This document shows positions 43,624-53,318 of a DNA stretch of 64,000 nucleotides, one piece after another. Source of the DNA: a virus. Taxonomy: Duplodnaviria > Caudoviricetes. The notes beneath the pieces were generated by a model. It was not told the DNA's origin, did no database searches, and was given only the letters and a program-made list of their open reading frames with translations. Positions within the stretch are counted from its first letter, which is position 1; every line of letters begins with the position of its first letter. The stretch covers positions 1,875-65,874 of IMG/VR virus record IMGVR_UViG_3300047553_000334; one strand, given 5' to 3'. The translations under genes and the position numbers were made by a program.

Positions 43624-43877
43624 TGGACAACGGTCATTATCGAAAACATAAAATACAGACCGTCCATTGTGCTTGGGAATGGGATTTGACGTGGGCAGAG
43701 TTCAATGCCGTTAAATATATTGAACGAGCTGGAGATAAACCCGGTTCAACATATAACGACGACATTAATAAGGCAATATGGTATCTAGTAGCAACAGTCA
43801 CTCACAGTGACACGTTTGCTCAGACCATTGTAAATATGATTGAAGAGTATTCTAAAGGTAAGACTCAATCGTCGTAG
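43623..43877 (+). CDS. DUF3310-like protein
   Basis: GHY...IQ...FNAVKYIERAGDK...DINKAIWYL. Confidence 0.8.
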   Translation: MDNGHYRKHKIQTVHCAWEWDLTWAEFNAVKYIERAGDKPGSTYNDDINKAIWYLVATVTHSDTFAQTIVNMIEEYSKGKTQSS

Positions 43878-44029
43878 TCGCAACCACACTCGGATTTCAT
43901 CTTTCCACAATCAGGGCATTTGCTGTCGGACTCGACGCGCTTGCCCTTTTTCATTCCCTTTTTCATGCCCTTCATCATGCTTGTCTTGTACATGCCTTCA
44001 GGTTTCATTTGCTTAAGATCTCTTGCCAT
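43865..44029 (-). CDS. Small K/M-rich protein with C-terminal CxxC...CxC (54 aa; not in ORF track)
   Basis: MARDLKQMKPEGMYKTSMMKGMKKGMKKGKRVESDSKCPDCGKMKSECGCDYDD*; divergent from ssb. Confidence 0.6.
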   Translation of the reverse strand: MARDLKQMKPEGMYKTSMMKGMKKGMKKGKRVESDSKCPDCGKMKSECGCDYDD

Positions 44030-44063
44030 AGCCGTAGTTTACTATAAATGAAAACAACGTGCA

Positions 44064-44084
44064 TATACCGTATTACGGTATAAT
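44064..44084. promoter_or_regulatory. Perfect palindrome TATACCGTA-T-TACGGTATA merged with TATAAT, between divergent genes
   Basis: 19-bp palindrome directly upstream of the ssb RBS (AAGGAGG). Confidence 0.7.
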
Positions 44085-44100
44085 GTAAAAGGAGGAAGTT

Positions 44101-44481
44101 ATGTTTAATAACGTGTCATTAGTTGGTAGGTTAACAGATGATCCTGTTACAAAAGAATCGCAACTTGGTAAAAGTTACACAAGTTTTTGCATTGCAGTTG
44201 ATCGCAGGACAAAAGATAAAGAAGCTGATTTCTTTAACTGCACGTTATTTGGTAATTCTGGTGTAGCACTAAACGAGTATGCACAAAAAGGCCGAATGAT
44301 TGCGGTAAGTGGCAAGGTGCAGATTGATAAGTACACAAACAAGGAAGGTGTTAAGACTCAGTCTGTTAAGGTTATTGTAGATAACTGGTCACTATTGGAT
44401 AGCCGTAAAGAACAAGTCGAAGCACCTGCACAAAAACAAGTTAAGGTGGACGATATTGAAGATCCGTTTGCAGATGATTAA
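44101..44481 (+). CDS. ssb: Single-stranded DNA-binding protein
   Basis: NNVSLVGRLTDDP, IAVDR, ADFFNC, KGRMIAVSG, acidic DIEDPFADD tail. Confidence 0.95.
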   Translation: MFNNVSLVGRLTDDPVTKESQLGKSYTSFCIAVDRRTKDKEADFFNCTLFGNSGVALNEYAQKGRMIAVSGKVQIDKYTNKEGVKTQSVKVIVDNWSLLDSRKEQVEAPAQKQVKVDDIEDPFADD

Positions 44482-44681
44482 TCTAATAGGTTGTTAAGTA
44501 ACGCTACGTTATATGCTTTTAATCTAGCTCCTACTCCGCTTACACCTAGTTTAAAGTAGGCGTTCTCTAGATAAAAATGAACAGTCCTTGGGCTAATGTT
44601 TAGCTCAAGGGCTATTTGTTTGGATGTCTTCTTTTTACCTACTAAGGCAATGACTTCCTTTTCGCGTTTAGATAATTCCAT
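44478..44681 (-). CDS. LuxR/GerE-type HTH regulator
   Basis: LSKREKEVI...TSKQIALELNISPRTVHFYLENAYFKLGV. Confidence 0.9.
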   Translation of the reverse strand: MELSKREKEVIALVGKKKTSKQIALELNISPRTVHFYLENAYFKLGVSGVGARLKAYNVALLNNLLD

Positions 44682-44752
44682 AGTGCTGTCATTTTACCGC
44701 AAGTAATGTATTGCCACGTTAGGCGGTGTATGATAGGGAAGAGGTGTAGCAA

Positions 44753-45004
44753 ATGGGAGTTATCAAAAAGTACCAAAATCCTGCAGGTGGATTAAACGCA
44801 GCAGGTCGCGCACATTTTAATCGCACTACTGGATCTAATTTAAAACCACCAGCTCCTAATCCAAAAACACCAAAAGATGCTGCGCGACGTAAATCCTTTT
44901 GTGCTCGTATGGAAGGCATGAAACGTTCGCGTACTAGCGCAAAAACCGCTAACGATCCAAATAGCCGAATTAATAAATCGTTACGTGCATGGAATTGTAA
45001 CTAG
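44753..45004 (+). CDS. Conserved basic phage protein (DUF6321-like)
   Basis: NPAGGLNAAGR...LKPP...RRKSFCARMEG...DPNSRINKSLRAWNC. Confidence 0.85.
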   Translation: MGVIKKYQNPAGGLNAAGRAHFNRTTGSNLKPPAPNPKTPKDAARRKSFCARMEGMKRSRTSAKTANDPNSRINKSLRAWNCN

Positions 45005-45221
45005 CATGCTTAATCAAATGCATAAATACGTCAATCATCTATCACGCAACAAGATTTTTGCGGTTGAAAAAGATGAACATAATCTGAAGAATACACCTAC
45101 TGAAAAACAATTGTTGGCCATGGAGAAAAGGGAGCATAAGTTAAAAACTATTCCCACGATGTCTCAGTTACTAAAAATAGAAAAGAAAGAGCATGGCAAC
45201 AAAAAAGCACCCCGGTTTTAA
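44985..45221 (+). CDS. Small basic repeat protein
   Basis: Three repeats of ..EKxEH; true start may be ATG 45007 or 45018. Confidence 0.55.
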   Translation: MHGIVTSMLNQMHKYVNHLSRNKIFAVEKDEHNLKNTPTEKQLLAMEKREHKLKTIPTMSQLLKIEKKEHGNKKAPRF

Positions 45222-45354
45222 AGCTGTTCAACAAAAGATAGCGTCGCAACAAGGCGTATCTTTAAAGTCCGCTGGAGCAATCCTAGCGTCTTCTACCCGT
45301 AAAGCGTCAGCTGCGGCTAAGAAGAAAAATCCACGACTCAATAGAGTCAAGTAG
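45193..45354 (+). CDS. Small basic phage protein (53 aa; not in ORF track)
   Basis: MATKKHPGFKAVQQKIASQQGVSLKSAGAILASSTRKASAAAKKKNPRLNRVK*, a motif I recognise from phage genomes. Confidence 0.8.
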   Translation: MATKKHPGFKAVQQKIASQQGVSLKSAGAILASSTRKASAAAKKKNPRLNRVK

Positions 45355-45366
45355 AGGTGTACAATT

Positions 45367-45561
45367 ATGATGAGAAACGCAGCTGCATCGCGTGGTAAAG
45401 CGATGGGCATGGCAGCATTACTAGGTATGGCTAAGCAAGCTAAAGGCAGTGCAAAGCCAGCACCAAAGAAAAAGGCTGCACCAGCACGTGGTAAGGCACG
45501 CGGTAAGGCTCCAATGCCTCCGATGGGTCCGGGTGGCCCAATGGGACCAATGGGTTATTAG
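45367..45561 (+). CDS. Small basic low-complexity protein
   Basis: 64 aa, K/A/P/M-rich; GAGGT RBS. Confidence 0.65.
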   Translation: MMRNAAASRGKAMGMAALLGMAKQAKGSAKPAPKKKAAPARGKARGKAPMPPMGPGGPMGPMGY

Positions 45562-45571
45562 GTAGGTAAAT

Positions 45572-48500
45572 ATGGCATCGTTACTGTCTAGTTTAATCAT
45601 GGGGCAACCCGGTCAAGCAACGGATAAAGATAAAGTTAATCAAGGTGCGCAACCACCAGTGCCTCCAACTCCTCCAGCTGGTGGTGCGCCAGGATTACCG
45701 TCTATTCCACCTGTTGCACAGCAGCAACCAACTGGACAGCAACCGCCATCAAATCAGCCATCCGGAGGACCAGTATTTCCTGCTCCTCCGGGTTTTAATC
45801 CAATTCAATTTGACCCTATTGCAAGTATGTCAAAGGTTTTTGGAAACCTTCCACAAGCCACAGGAGGTGCACCGGGATCTGTACTTGGACAAACAAAGGC
45901 TGAAACAGTAACAAAGATTGATCCTAATACATGGGATATGGCAGCCATTCAGCCAAAGGCTGCGCGACTAGATTGGTATTTACGTTCGCAGAAATCTGGA
46001 TCACTTACTAGTGGTGCTGATTTATTAAAAGGTATGCAGTCGTTTCTGCAAAGTGAGGCATCTGGTAAATCACAGACAGCAGGTACAACTCGTGCAGATA
46101 TAACTGGTGATGATCCATTTTTAAAGACAGTTAGTTATGCTACGTCGTTGTACAACAATGGCGGAACCGTTGAGCGTAAGATGGCTGATGCTTATGCTAA
46201 TGGATTGATGTACATGACATCTGCATTAGCACGTAATGATCAGCAAGGTGTTGATGCAGCTAAGTTTTATTTAAGTGACTTAAGCGATTACACAGTAGAA
46301 GATTTCCGAAGTCCTAAAACACAAACGTATTTTGCCAAGCAAGCTGCGTCAGTAGTAAAACCGTACGTATTAAATAAATCATCCGACGAACTTACTAAGA
46401 TGTCGGAAGAAGTTAAACCGGAAGCTGTACGGAAAAAATTACTAGGTAACGTTTTATACGACTACGTACAAAGTCGTTTCACGGATTTACGAACCGAAGC
46501 ACAATCGGGAAGTCCAACTGCAAATGCTGCTCGTAAAACATTAAATACATTTACTAAGATGTATGGTGACTTGGCACGTCCAGCAATCGAAGGGCAGCGT
46601 GACAAACAAGTTGAAATGTTTATGGAGTCACCGCAAGGTCGTGCTCTTATTGACGATGCCTACGATCAATTCGATGGCCAAGGCTTATTTAATACACAAA
46701 AAGCAAAAGACCTTGTTACACGCATGGGTCAGAAAATTAAGTCAACTCAAGGTACTGGTTCTTTTGATCCAGCTAATGACGTTACTCCACAAGAATTAAA
46801 AGATTTCTTTGGTCAAACAAAAATGAAGCGCTATATATCTAGCGCAATTGACATTGATCCAAATATTAGTGATGAGGCATTACGTCGGTTTGAATTAGAC
46901 CCGTCAAATGTAGATGACGATGAAATGTATGGTGCACTGACACCATCCGGTGTTGCTGCACTTTATGGCAAGAAGGACGACTCTCTTGTTGGAGACGTAG
47001 GTCGTGCTGGGCGTCCAGACCCATATATGTATGATCTATCGTCTAACTTCTCGGCTAATCAAACACAAGCACCATCTACATTGTCTGGTGGTAATACAGG
47101 GCGTATTAGGTCACGTGCTGAGCTTGCAGGTGCAATGGCATCTGGATTAGGTTTAAGTGAAGCACAGTTAGAGCAAGCAGCCCGTAAGTTATTCTCTAAT
47201 ACAGACGATATTTCTGAGTTTGTAAATGCGGGTATGAATGATTACGACATTGAGTCGGATATTCTGCCAAAGGTACAGACCGACATTAAGTCGTCCCGCA
47301 TTTCGCAAACAGGTGGCATAAAAACAGCTGGTACATCCACGGGTACATATAACTTACTTACTGATACGTTTAAAGCCGTAGATGAAGTCATGCCGGGTGG
47401 ACCACAGCAATCATCATGGTTAAACAAAAAACGCGCCCTTAACGATATTGCTGTGCAGGCTCGTAATCTTGAAGGCACTGCTGTATCTGCTGCTGGTTCT
47501 AGGTTTGCTAAGACTGCTACCGGTGAACCAGATTACTTTAATCCAATATTGCCTGACCGTGGTGATCAGGTAGGACGCATACAAATCCTGCAAGATATTT
47601 TTAAACATGCAAGTGAGAATTCCAAGTACCGAACTGATTTACAAAATCTTATTCGCAGTGCAATAGATGGCAGGCCATACACAGGCGACATTAAGATGAC
47701 TCCATCGCAGTTGTCTTCCGTTGTTAGTATTTATGCAAAGCACCTAGAAGAAGCTGCGTCAGCAAATCCAACAGCAGCTGGAAGCCCAAACCAGTTATTT
47801 AATTCCATGTTTGGCATCCTGCCATCCGACTATAACAAACGCGATTTGCGCATGAAGATTTTGAAGTCATTGCAATCAGCAAGTCCTTCTAAGTTTAAAA
47901 CAATGTCGAGCACAATGGAAGTTGAACCCAGTGGAAACACTAGGTTAATACCAGTTGCTAATGCTGGACAGGTTATGGAAAATGCGTCTAGCATTCCGGG
48001 AGACACTGGAGCAAAAGGTGGACGTAGTAGTAAAACTGAGAATGCTGCACTAAACAGAGTTGAACGTAGTCAGCAAATTTTAGGCGATATTTTTAAAACT
48101 GCTAAAGATTCTATTCTTTCGTATACCAATGATATTGGTTTAGGTGAATCAATTGGTGCAACAACTGCTCCATCAAAATTTAAGGATGGCGTAGTCGCAG
48201 CGTTTGATAAAGCTATTGGTGATTCTTTAGCTAAGTACAAAATTGACCCAAATGATAAACCAAAGTTTGACCGCATGGTCGAAAAAATTAAAGAGCAGTT
48301 AGTTGATCAGGCATCTACTGAATGGATGAAGGGTACTGTAACTGGTCAAGAAGTCGACAATATATTTAAACAATTTGGACAAGTCCAAAGATCCATTGGC
48401 GCAACGGGTATGTCTGATGCTGCAGCACCAGCAGTAGGACGAAATGTGCCTACTAGAGATGATGCTAATGCAGCTAAAGTAACTGAGGGTCGTAAGATTT

Positions 48501-51500
48501 ATGCTGATGCAGTTGCAGCTCTAGGTGGTAATTTACCAGCCAAACAGGAGAGTGTAGATGCACTAGAGGCTAAAGTTCAAGGTGTTATTGATCAGGCAAC
48601 GAAGCGTGGCAAACCTGATTACGCAGACTTTGTTCGTAACTGGCAAACACACTCTAACACAATGTTAGTAGAAGCCAAGCGTGATACTGACAGATATGCA
48701 GAGAAGATTAAAAACGCACAACAAGACATTGCAACATTAACTAAAGAGTCTAATGCTGAAGGCACCACACCTGCCCGAAAAGCAGAAATACAAAAGCAAA
48801 TTACACGCCTTACGACTGGTATTAACGCAGATGCAAAAAAGGGAAGTCAAGCATTACGCAAATTACAAATGCGTGTGGCGACGTATGGAAAAATCCCAAC
48901 TCCAGAAGACTATGCTGCTTTACTTGAAAAGGGTGACGAGCAAACACAGCAGAAGAATCAAGTAGATCTTGAATTCAGGCGCGTACGTGCAAAAGTAAGG
49001 GCAGGTGGATTTAAGTCACTAACTGCAAATGAAAAAGCTTTCTGGCTTGATGAGGGCGTAAAACGTTACGACATCGGTGAGGAAAACTCCATCGGCATCG
49101 GACGTAGTACACGTCTAGGATTTAATAGTTTCCTTGCTAGTATTGCTGGTACTAACTGGACTATTGTTAATCCTGAGTACGAATTGTTTGATGACAATGA
49201 ACGTGCACCTAAATATTTAACTGAAATTCTTGACCCAAAAACCAATCAGATTATTGGCCACAAATTAAATGACAATGTCAAATTTGCATTCCAGTGGAAA
49301 AAAGATGAAAAAACAGGGATGTTTACGGATGTAAGCGTCGTTGCTACAGAGTTTGTAAAGCAAGGTAACAATGCAAATAAACCTTTGCGTAAACAGATAA
49401 TAGAAACTGGCGTCGAACGAGCGATTGTAAGAGCACGTAACTTTTACGTTGCGTTAGAAGATGACCTAAAAAATATTGATGCACGTGTAAAAGGTGAAAC
49501 ATTTGGTTTACTTAAAACTGACACGCGTGTAAATAGAAATGCATCCAAATTATCTGGCGTCATTCGTGACATTATGGAATTGGAAGGGCGCGGTTCACTA
49601 AATAAAGCAAATCAAACAAATATTGGAGAGTTAAAGAAAGAAGCCATAAAAGGTTTAACAGCAGCTGGTTATGACCAACCACAAACGTTTCTTAATGAGC
49701 TTCTTGCTAAAGATAAAGCTGCAAGACAGGTTTTAAATTTCTCAGACACATTACGTACTCGAATGGCAGATCGTATTAATACGTTTGCTGGTAAGACTGT
49801 GCGTACGCCACAAGAAATACAAGATGACATATCTAGTTATTTTGGCACACAGGAAGCGTCATCTGAAGAATTTAAAAAAATAGAGGATCAGACACGGCTA
49901 GAGAAAATTGACTTACTTGATAAGTTAGGTATTGATGTACGTAGATCCAAAGACAGAGCAGGCAATGTAACAGATGTATCTGTCCCAACGAATGCTGTAG
50001 GACTTGCGTTAGATAAGATTGACACAAAAGGCAAGGTGCGTTTTACAACAACAAAAGAAAACGTTGCCAGTTTACGACAATCAGTAATTGCGAAATTACG
50101 ACCACTACAAGAACGACTACAAAAAGAAGTTGATGGTGGTGCATTAGTTGGTCGCGATAGATTACAGAAAATTGCAGAGGCAAAGAAGCTTTCAAAGTTA
50201 GCAGGAGATATTAATACTGCTACATCAGAAGGTGAGTTATCTGGAGTTGTACTGGCATTTACATCTAATGATCCAGCTGTTAAGGCAGCGCAAGATGTAG
50301 CAAGAGGGTGGTCAACTAGATCGGATAAGCTACCATCAGAAATGTATGCTGCTTATAAACGGTTAGCAGATAAGCAATTAGATGGATCTATCTCTGAGGC
50401 AGATGGCAATAAGCTAAAAGCAATTAGTATTCAATTAAACAAACATCTGCGTGATGTAGCTCCTGAACTCGGTAATAACCCATTGGATAAGTTATATAAC
50501 TTAGACAACATGGAAACACAGATTGCACAAGGATATTTAGATCAAACAACAAAGTCAGACAAGAATCCTTTTAAAGTAATTTTTGGTGAGGCTGCATATA
50601 AGATTGCGCGTGTGGATTTGCCACGCGGTAGATCATCTGAAGGTGACGCAGAATTCATCAAGAAGTGGACGAGTAAATGGAAGCGCAAGGACAAAGATCG
50701 TCTAGAAAGAGAAATGGATATTGCTAAGACATTAGGTCTTAGTGTTAACAAATTAGAACTTGGAGACGTTTGGCGACAGCTTGAAAAGAGATTTAATAGT
50801 ATGTCTCCAAAACAATGGCTAGAGTACACATATGGATTACCTGAAGATGCACGTAATCTTGTGTTGCGAGAATATCCATTGCAGTCGCAATCATTGATGC
50901 CAAATCAATTAGGTGAGGGCGACGGATTATCACGTCGTGAAATTAACAGACGTCTTCTTACTGTAACGCCGGATGGACATGTTGTTCCTGCAGCTAAAGA
51001 AACAAAAACAGCTCCGCAGGTGGTTAAAGAAAACCGGATGCCATTTAGTGAGAAGTATGATGACGCACTTATGTGGAAGATACGTAACAATGCAGTTGAA
51101 TACACTGACATTCTGCATGATTCACTTAAATCCTATAAGTATGAAGTAAAAGGCCCAGACGGTAAAACTGTAAAGGTAAATGGTGATGCATCATTTACCG
51201 TAGAAAAAACTATAACCCAAAATGGTAAACAAGTTACAGTTAAGGAACTCAAACCCGGATATACCGTACTTGGTGCTACTGAGTCAGTTACAAATACACT
51301 TACTGGGGAACGTACAACTCGTGAAGTTCCAACACAATCTGACTATATGGTCAATGGTAAAAAGATAACTGTTCCGTTGTTTAACCGACAAGCACTTTTG
51401 CTGTCTACTAGACTTCCTGCGTCGATAGATGTAGACATAGTTGATAAGAAGTTAGTTAAAGTTGAGCCAGTATTTAAACCAAGGGCACTGCCATCAACAA

Positions 51501-51952
51501 CTGTTGAACCAGAAGGTAGATTAGGTTTTAGGTATGAAGGAAAAGACTACTGGATTGGCAGACGTGATTACAAAGCATTTGTAGATAAAATCAATAGTGG
51601 CGAAATTGATAAGAAGAATATACGTCAATTAGTTACGGAACTTGTAACACGTGTGCGAATGAATCCAGAGTTTCCGGGTGAAGTGCAGAAGTACACAAAG
51701 ATTAGCGCAAGTGTTCGCGGAGCTGATGCTAAGAAAGAAGAAGAAGGTGTCAAGATACCCGCAGATGTACAACAAAGGCTTATTGCAGATTCTGAAAACA
51801 AGGGTCTTGGTGGAATTGTCACAAATAAGGGTGCACGTCACAGTGTTAGTTTCTTAGGTGCATTAATGCTTGCATTTAAAACATATGGCAAAAAATTTAT
51901 TAGTAGTTATGTTGAGGCTGAACGTAAAGCTGCAGAAGGAGACAAAAAATGA
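45572..51952 (+). CDS. Large (2126 aa) hypothetical protein, possibly virion-packaged
   Basis: Long ORF with a Pro/Gln-rich N-terminus and coiled-coil segments; no recognisable catalytic motif. Confidence 0.75.
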   Translation: MASLLSSLIMGQPGQATDKDKVNQGAQPPVPPTPPAGGAPGLPSIPPVAQQQPTGQQPPSNQPSGGPVFPAPPGFNPIQFDPIASMSKVFGNLPQATGGAPGSVLGQTKAETVTKIDPNTWDMAAIQPKAARLDWYLRSQKSGSLTSGADLLKGMQSFLQSEASGKSQTAGTTRADITGDDPFLKTVSYATSLYNNGGTVERKMADAYANGLMYMTSALARNDQQGVDAAKFYLSDLSDYTVEDFRSPKTQTYFAKQAASVVKPYVLNKSSDELTKMSEEVKPEAVRKKLLGNVLYDYVQSRFTDLRTEAQSGSPTANAARKTLNTFTKMYGDLARPAIEGQRDKQVEMFMESPQGRALIDDAYDQFDGQGLFNTQKAKDLVTRMGQKIKSTQGTGSFDPANDVTPQELKDFFGQTKMKRYISSAIDIDPNISDEALRRFELDPSNVDDDEMYGALTPSGVAALYGKKDDSLVGDVGRAGRPDPYMYDLSSNFSANQTQAPSTLSGGNTGRIRSRAELAGAMASGLGLSEAQLEQAARKLFSNTDDISEFVNAGMNDYDIESDILPKVQTDIKSSRISQTGGIKTAGTSTGTYNLLTDTFKAVDEVMPGGPQQSSWLNKKRALNDIAVQARNLEGTAVSAAGSRFAKTATGEPDYFNPILPDRGDQVGRIQILQDIFKHASENSKYRTDLQNLIRSAIDGRPYTGDIKMTPSQLSSVVSIYAKHLEEAASANPTAAGSPNQLFNSMFGILPSDYNKRDLRMKILKSLQSASPSKFKTMSSTMEVEPSGNTRLIPVANAGQVMENASSIPGDTGAKGGRSSKTENAALNRVERSQQILGDIFKTAKDSILSYTNDIGLGESIGATTAPSKFKDGVVAAFDKAIGDSLAKYKIDPNDKPKFDRMVEKIKEQLVDQASTEWMKGTVTGQEVDNIFKQFGQVQRSIGATGMSDAAAPAVGRNVPTRDDANAAKVTEGRKIYADAVAALGGNLPAKQESVDALEAKVQGVIDQATKRGKPDYADFVRNWQTHSNTMLVEAKRDTDRYAEKIKNAQQDIATLTKESNAEGTTPARKAEIQKQITRLTTGINADAKKGSQALRKLQMRVATYGKIPTPEDYAALLEKGDEQTQQKNQVDLEFRRVRAKVRAGGFKSLTANEKAFWLDEGVKRYDIGEENSIGIGRSTRLGFNSFLASIAGTNWTIVNPEYELFDDNERAPKYLTEILDPKTNQIIGHKLNDNVKFAFQWKKDEKTGMFTDVSVVATEFVKQGNNANKPLRKQIIETGVERAIVRARNFYVALEDDLKNIDARVKGETFGLLKTDTRVNRNASKLSGVIRDIMELEGRGSLNKANQTNIGELKKEAIKGLTAAGYDQPQTFLNELLAKDKAARQVLNFSDTLRTRMADRINTFAGKTVRTPQEIQDDISSYFGTQEASSEEFKKIEDQTRLEKIDLLDKLGIDVRRSKDRAGNVTDVSVPTNAVGLALDKIDTKGKVRFTTTKENVASLRQSVIAKLRPLQERLQKEVDGGALVGRDRLQKIAEAKKLSKLAGDINTATSEGELSGVVLAFTSNDPAVKAAQDVARGWSTRSDKLPSEMYAAYKRLADKQLDGSISEADGNKLKAISIQLNKHLRDVAPELGNNPLDKLYNLDNMETQIAQGYLDQTTKSDKNPFKVIFGEAAYKIARVDLPRGRSSEGDAEFIKKWTSKWKRKDKDRLEREMDIAKTLGLSVNKLELGDVWRQLEKRFNSMSPKQWLEYTYGLPEDARNLVLREYPLQSQSLMPNQLGEGDGLSRREINRRLLTVTPDGHVVPAAKETKTAPQVVKENRMPFSEKYDDALMWKIRNNAVEYTDILHDSLKSYKYEVKGPDGKTVKVNGDASFTVEKTITQNGKQVTVKELKPGYTVLGATESVTNTLTGERTTREVPTQSDYMVNGKKITVPLFNRQALLLSTRLPASIDVDIVDKKLVKVEPVFKPRALPSTTVEPEGRLGFRYEGKDYWIGRRDYKAFVDKINSGEIDKKNIRQLVTELVTRVRMNPEFPGEVQKYTKISASVRGADAKKEEEGVKIPADVQQRLIADSENKGLGGIVTNKGARHSVSFLGALMLAFKTYGKKFISSYVEAERKAAEGDKK

Positions 51953-52581
51953 CAGAGAATGAGTTTGCTAAATTTCTTATGTCAAAACTCGGTGCAATCC
52001 GTGCCGACCCCAAGAAAGCACTTGGTAAAACGGCTGGTGGATTTGTCGAGCCACTGTCTTGGTATTACAACAGAGCACCAGATCAAGCAGACATGTTGTC
52101 ACGCCCCGGTATACGAAACAAGATAAACGCTGGTGTTGGAACAGCTCTTGCAGAAGGTGTTAACTGGGCAAAAGATACTGCTAGTGACATGCTGGTTGAT
52201 TTGATGGGTGTTGCTGGTGCTCCAGAATCTGGTGGTACTAGTCTCGGTCTTTTAGCACCACGAGCTGTAAATCCTGCAAAAGCTATATTGAACTTTGCAG
52301 GTGATTATTTATTAGACGAGTATGTTAACCCCATGCTTTACGATATTGCCGATAATGATATTAATCTTGGCGGTAGATTACCAAAGGCGCCATCTTGGTA
52401 CAAAGGTAGTCCAGTACAGAAAGCCGTAAATGCAGCAGATAAAAAAGTAACTGATATAGCAAGTTTTGTTTCACGTACTCATCCGCAAAACATTATGTTG
52501 AATAAAGCAGGAGAAACGGGTGGGTCACATGGAGCAATAGCAAGCAAGATTAAACAGCAAATATTTCCGTCCCGTAAGTAG
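51949..52581 (+). CDS. Hypothetical protein
   Basis: 210 aa, AAGGAG RBS, ATGA overlap; GAPESGGTSL glycine-rich segment. Confidence 0.7.
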   Translation: MTENEFAKFLMSKLGAIRADPKKALGKTAGGFVEPLSWYYNRAPDQADMLSRPGIRNKINAGVGTALAEGVNWAKDTASDMLVDLMGVAGAPESGGTSLGLLAPRAVNPAKAILNFAGDYLLDEYVNPMLYDIADNDINLGGRLPKAPSWYKGSPVQKAVNAADKKVTDIASFVSRTHPQNIMLNKAGETGGSHGAIASKIKQQIFPSRK

Positions 52582-52586
52582 GTATA

Positions 52587-53318
52587 ATGCAAGTTATGCC
52601 AACTAATGAACCTAGATTTATAACTAATGCTAAAAACAAACAAGTTAAATTATGCGCTGCAGAATTAGGTGATGGGCGCAAATGTAATGCTGCTGCAATG
52701 CGTGACAAAGATTTTTGCAAACACCATGGCGGTAAAGCTTTAGTCGGACCAGACTCACCCACGTTTAAAACAGGACTGTGGTCACATCAACGCAAAAGAT
52801 TTTCTACAGTAGCACCTGAGTTACTGGAACGTATTGAACAACTACGTGAGGATCCTGAGTTACTGTCTTTGCGTGACGATACAGCTTATATAACAGCAGT
52901 GCTTGATGTTCGTGCAGAAGCAGCGTCCTACGGAATAAGCAAAGAACTATACGAGGAATTACGCGATCAATACAATGTATGTAAAATTGCACCAGAAGAA
53001 GCTTTTAGTAAAGAATTTAAAAAGCTAGGTTCATTGATAGCCGATGGCATTGATGCTGTTCGTGCTAGTGACGATGTTATTTCATTGATAAAAAAACGTG
53101 CCGATGTGATTGAGATTGAGCAACGCATGGCACATGCTAAGTCATACACATTAGAAGTTGATCAAGCATATAGTTTAATTATGCAAGTCCTTGATGTTGT
53201 AAAGAAGACAGTTCGTGATCCAGAACAAGTACGTGCCATATCAGACGGCTTTGCTAAACTATTGCGAGTCCATCAAAACGTTGACGAGGAAGTAATAGAT
53301 GCAGAAGTTGTCAGTTAA
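52587..53318 (+). CDS. terS: Terminase small subunit (C..C..C.HGG zinc-finger type)
   Basis: LCAA...KCNAAA...FCKHHGGK...FKTGLWS, immediately upstream of terL. Confidence 0.7.
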   Translation: MQVMPTNEPRFITNAKNKQVKLCAAELGDGRKCNAAAMRDKDFCKHHGGKALVGPDSPTFKTGLWSHQRKRFSTVAPELLERIEQLREDPELLSLRDDTAYITAVLDVRAEAASYGISKELYEELRDQYNVCKIAPEEAFSKEFKKLGSLIADGIDAVRASDDVISLIKKRADVIEIEQRMAHAKSYTLEVDQAYSLIMQVLDVVKKTVRDPEQVRAISDGFAKLLRVHQNVDEEVIDAEVVS

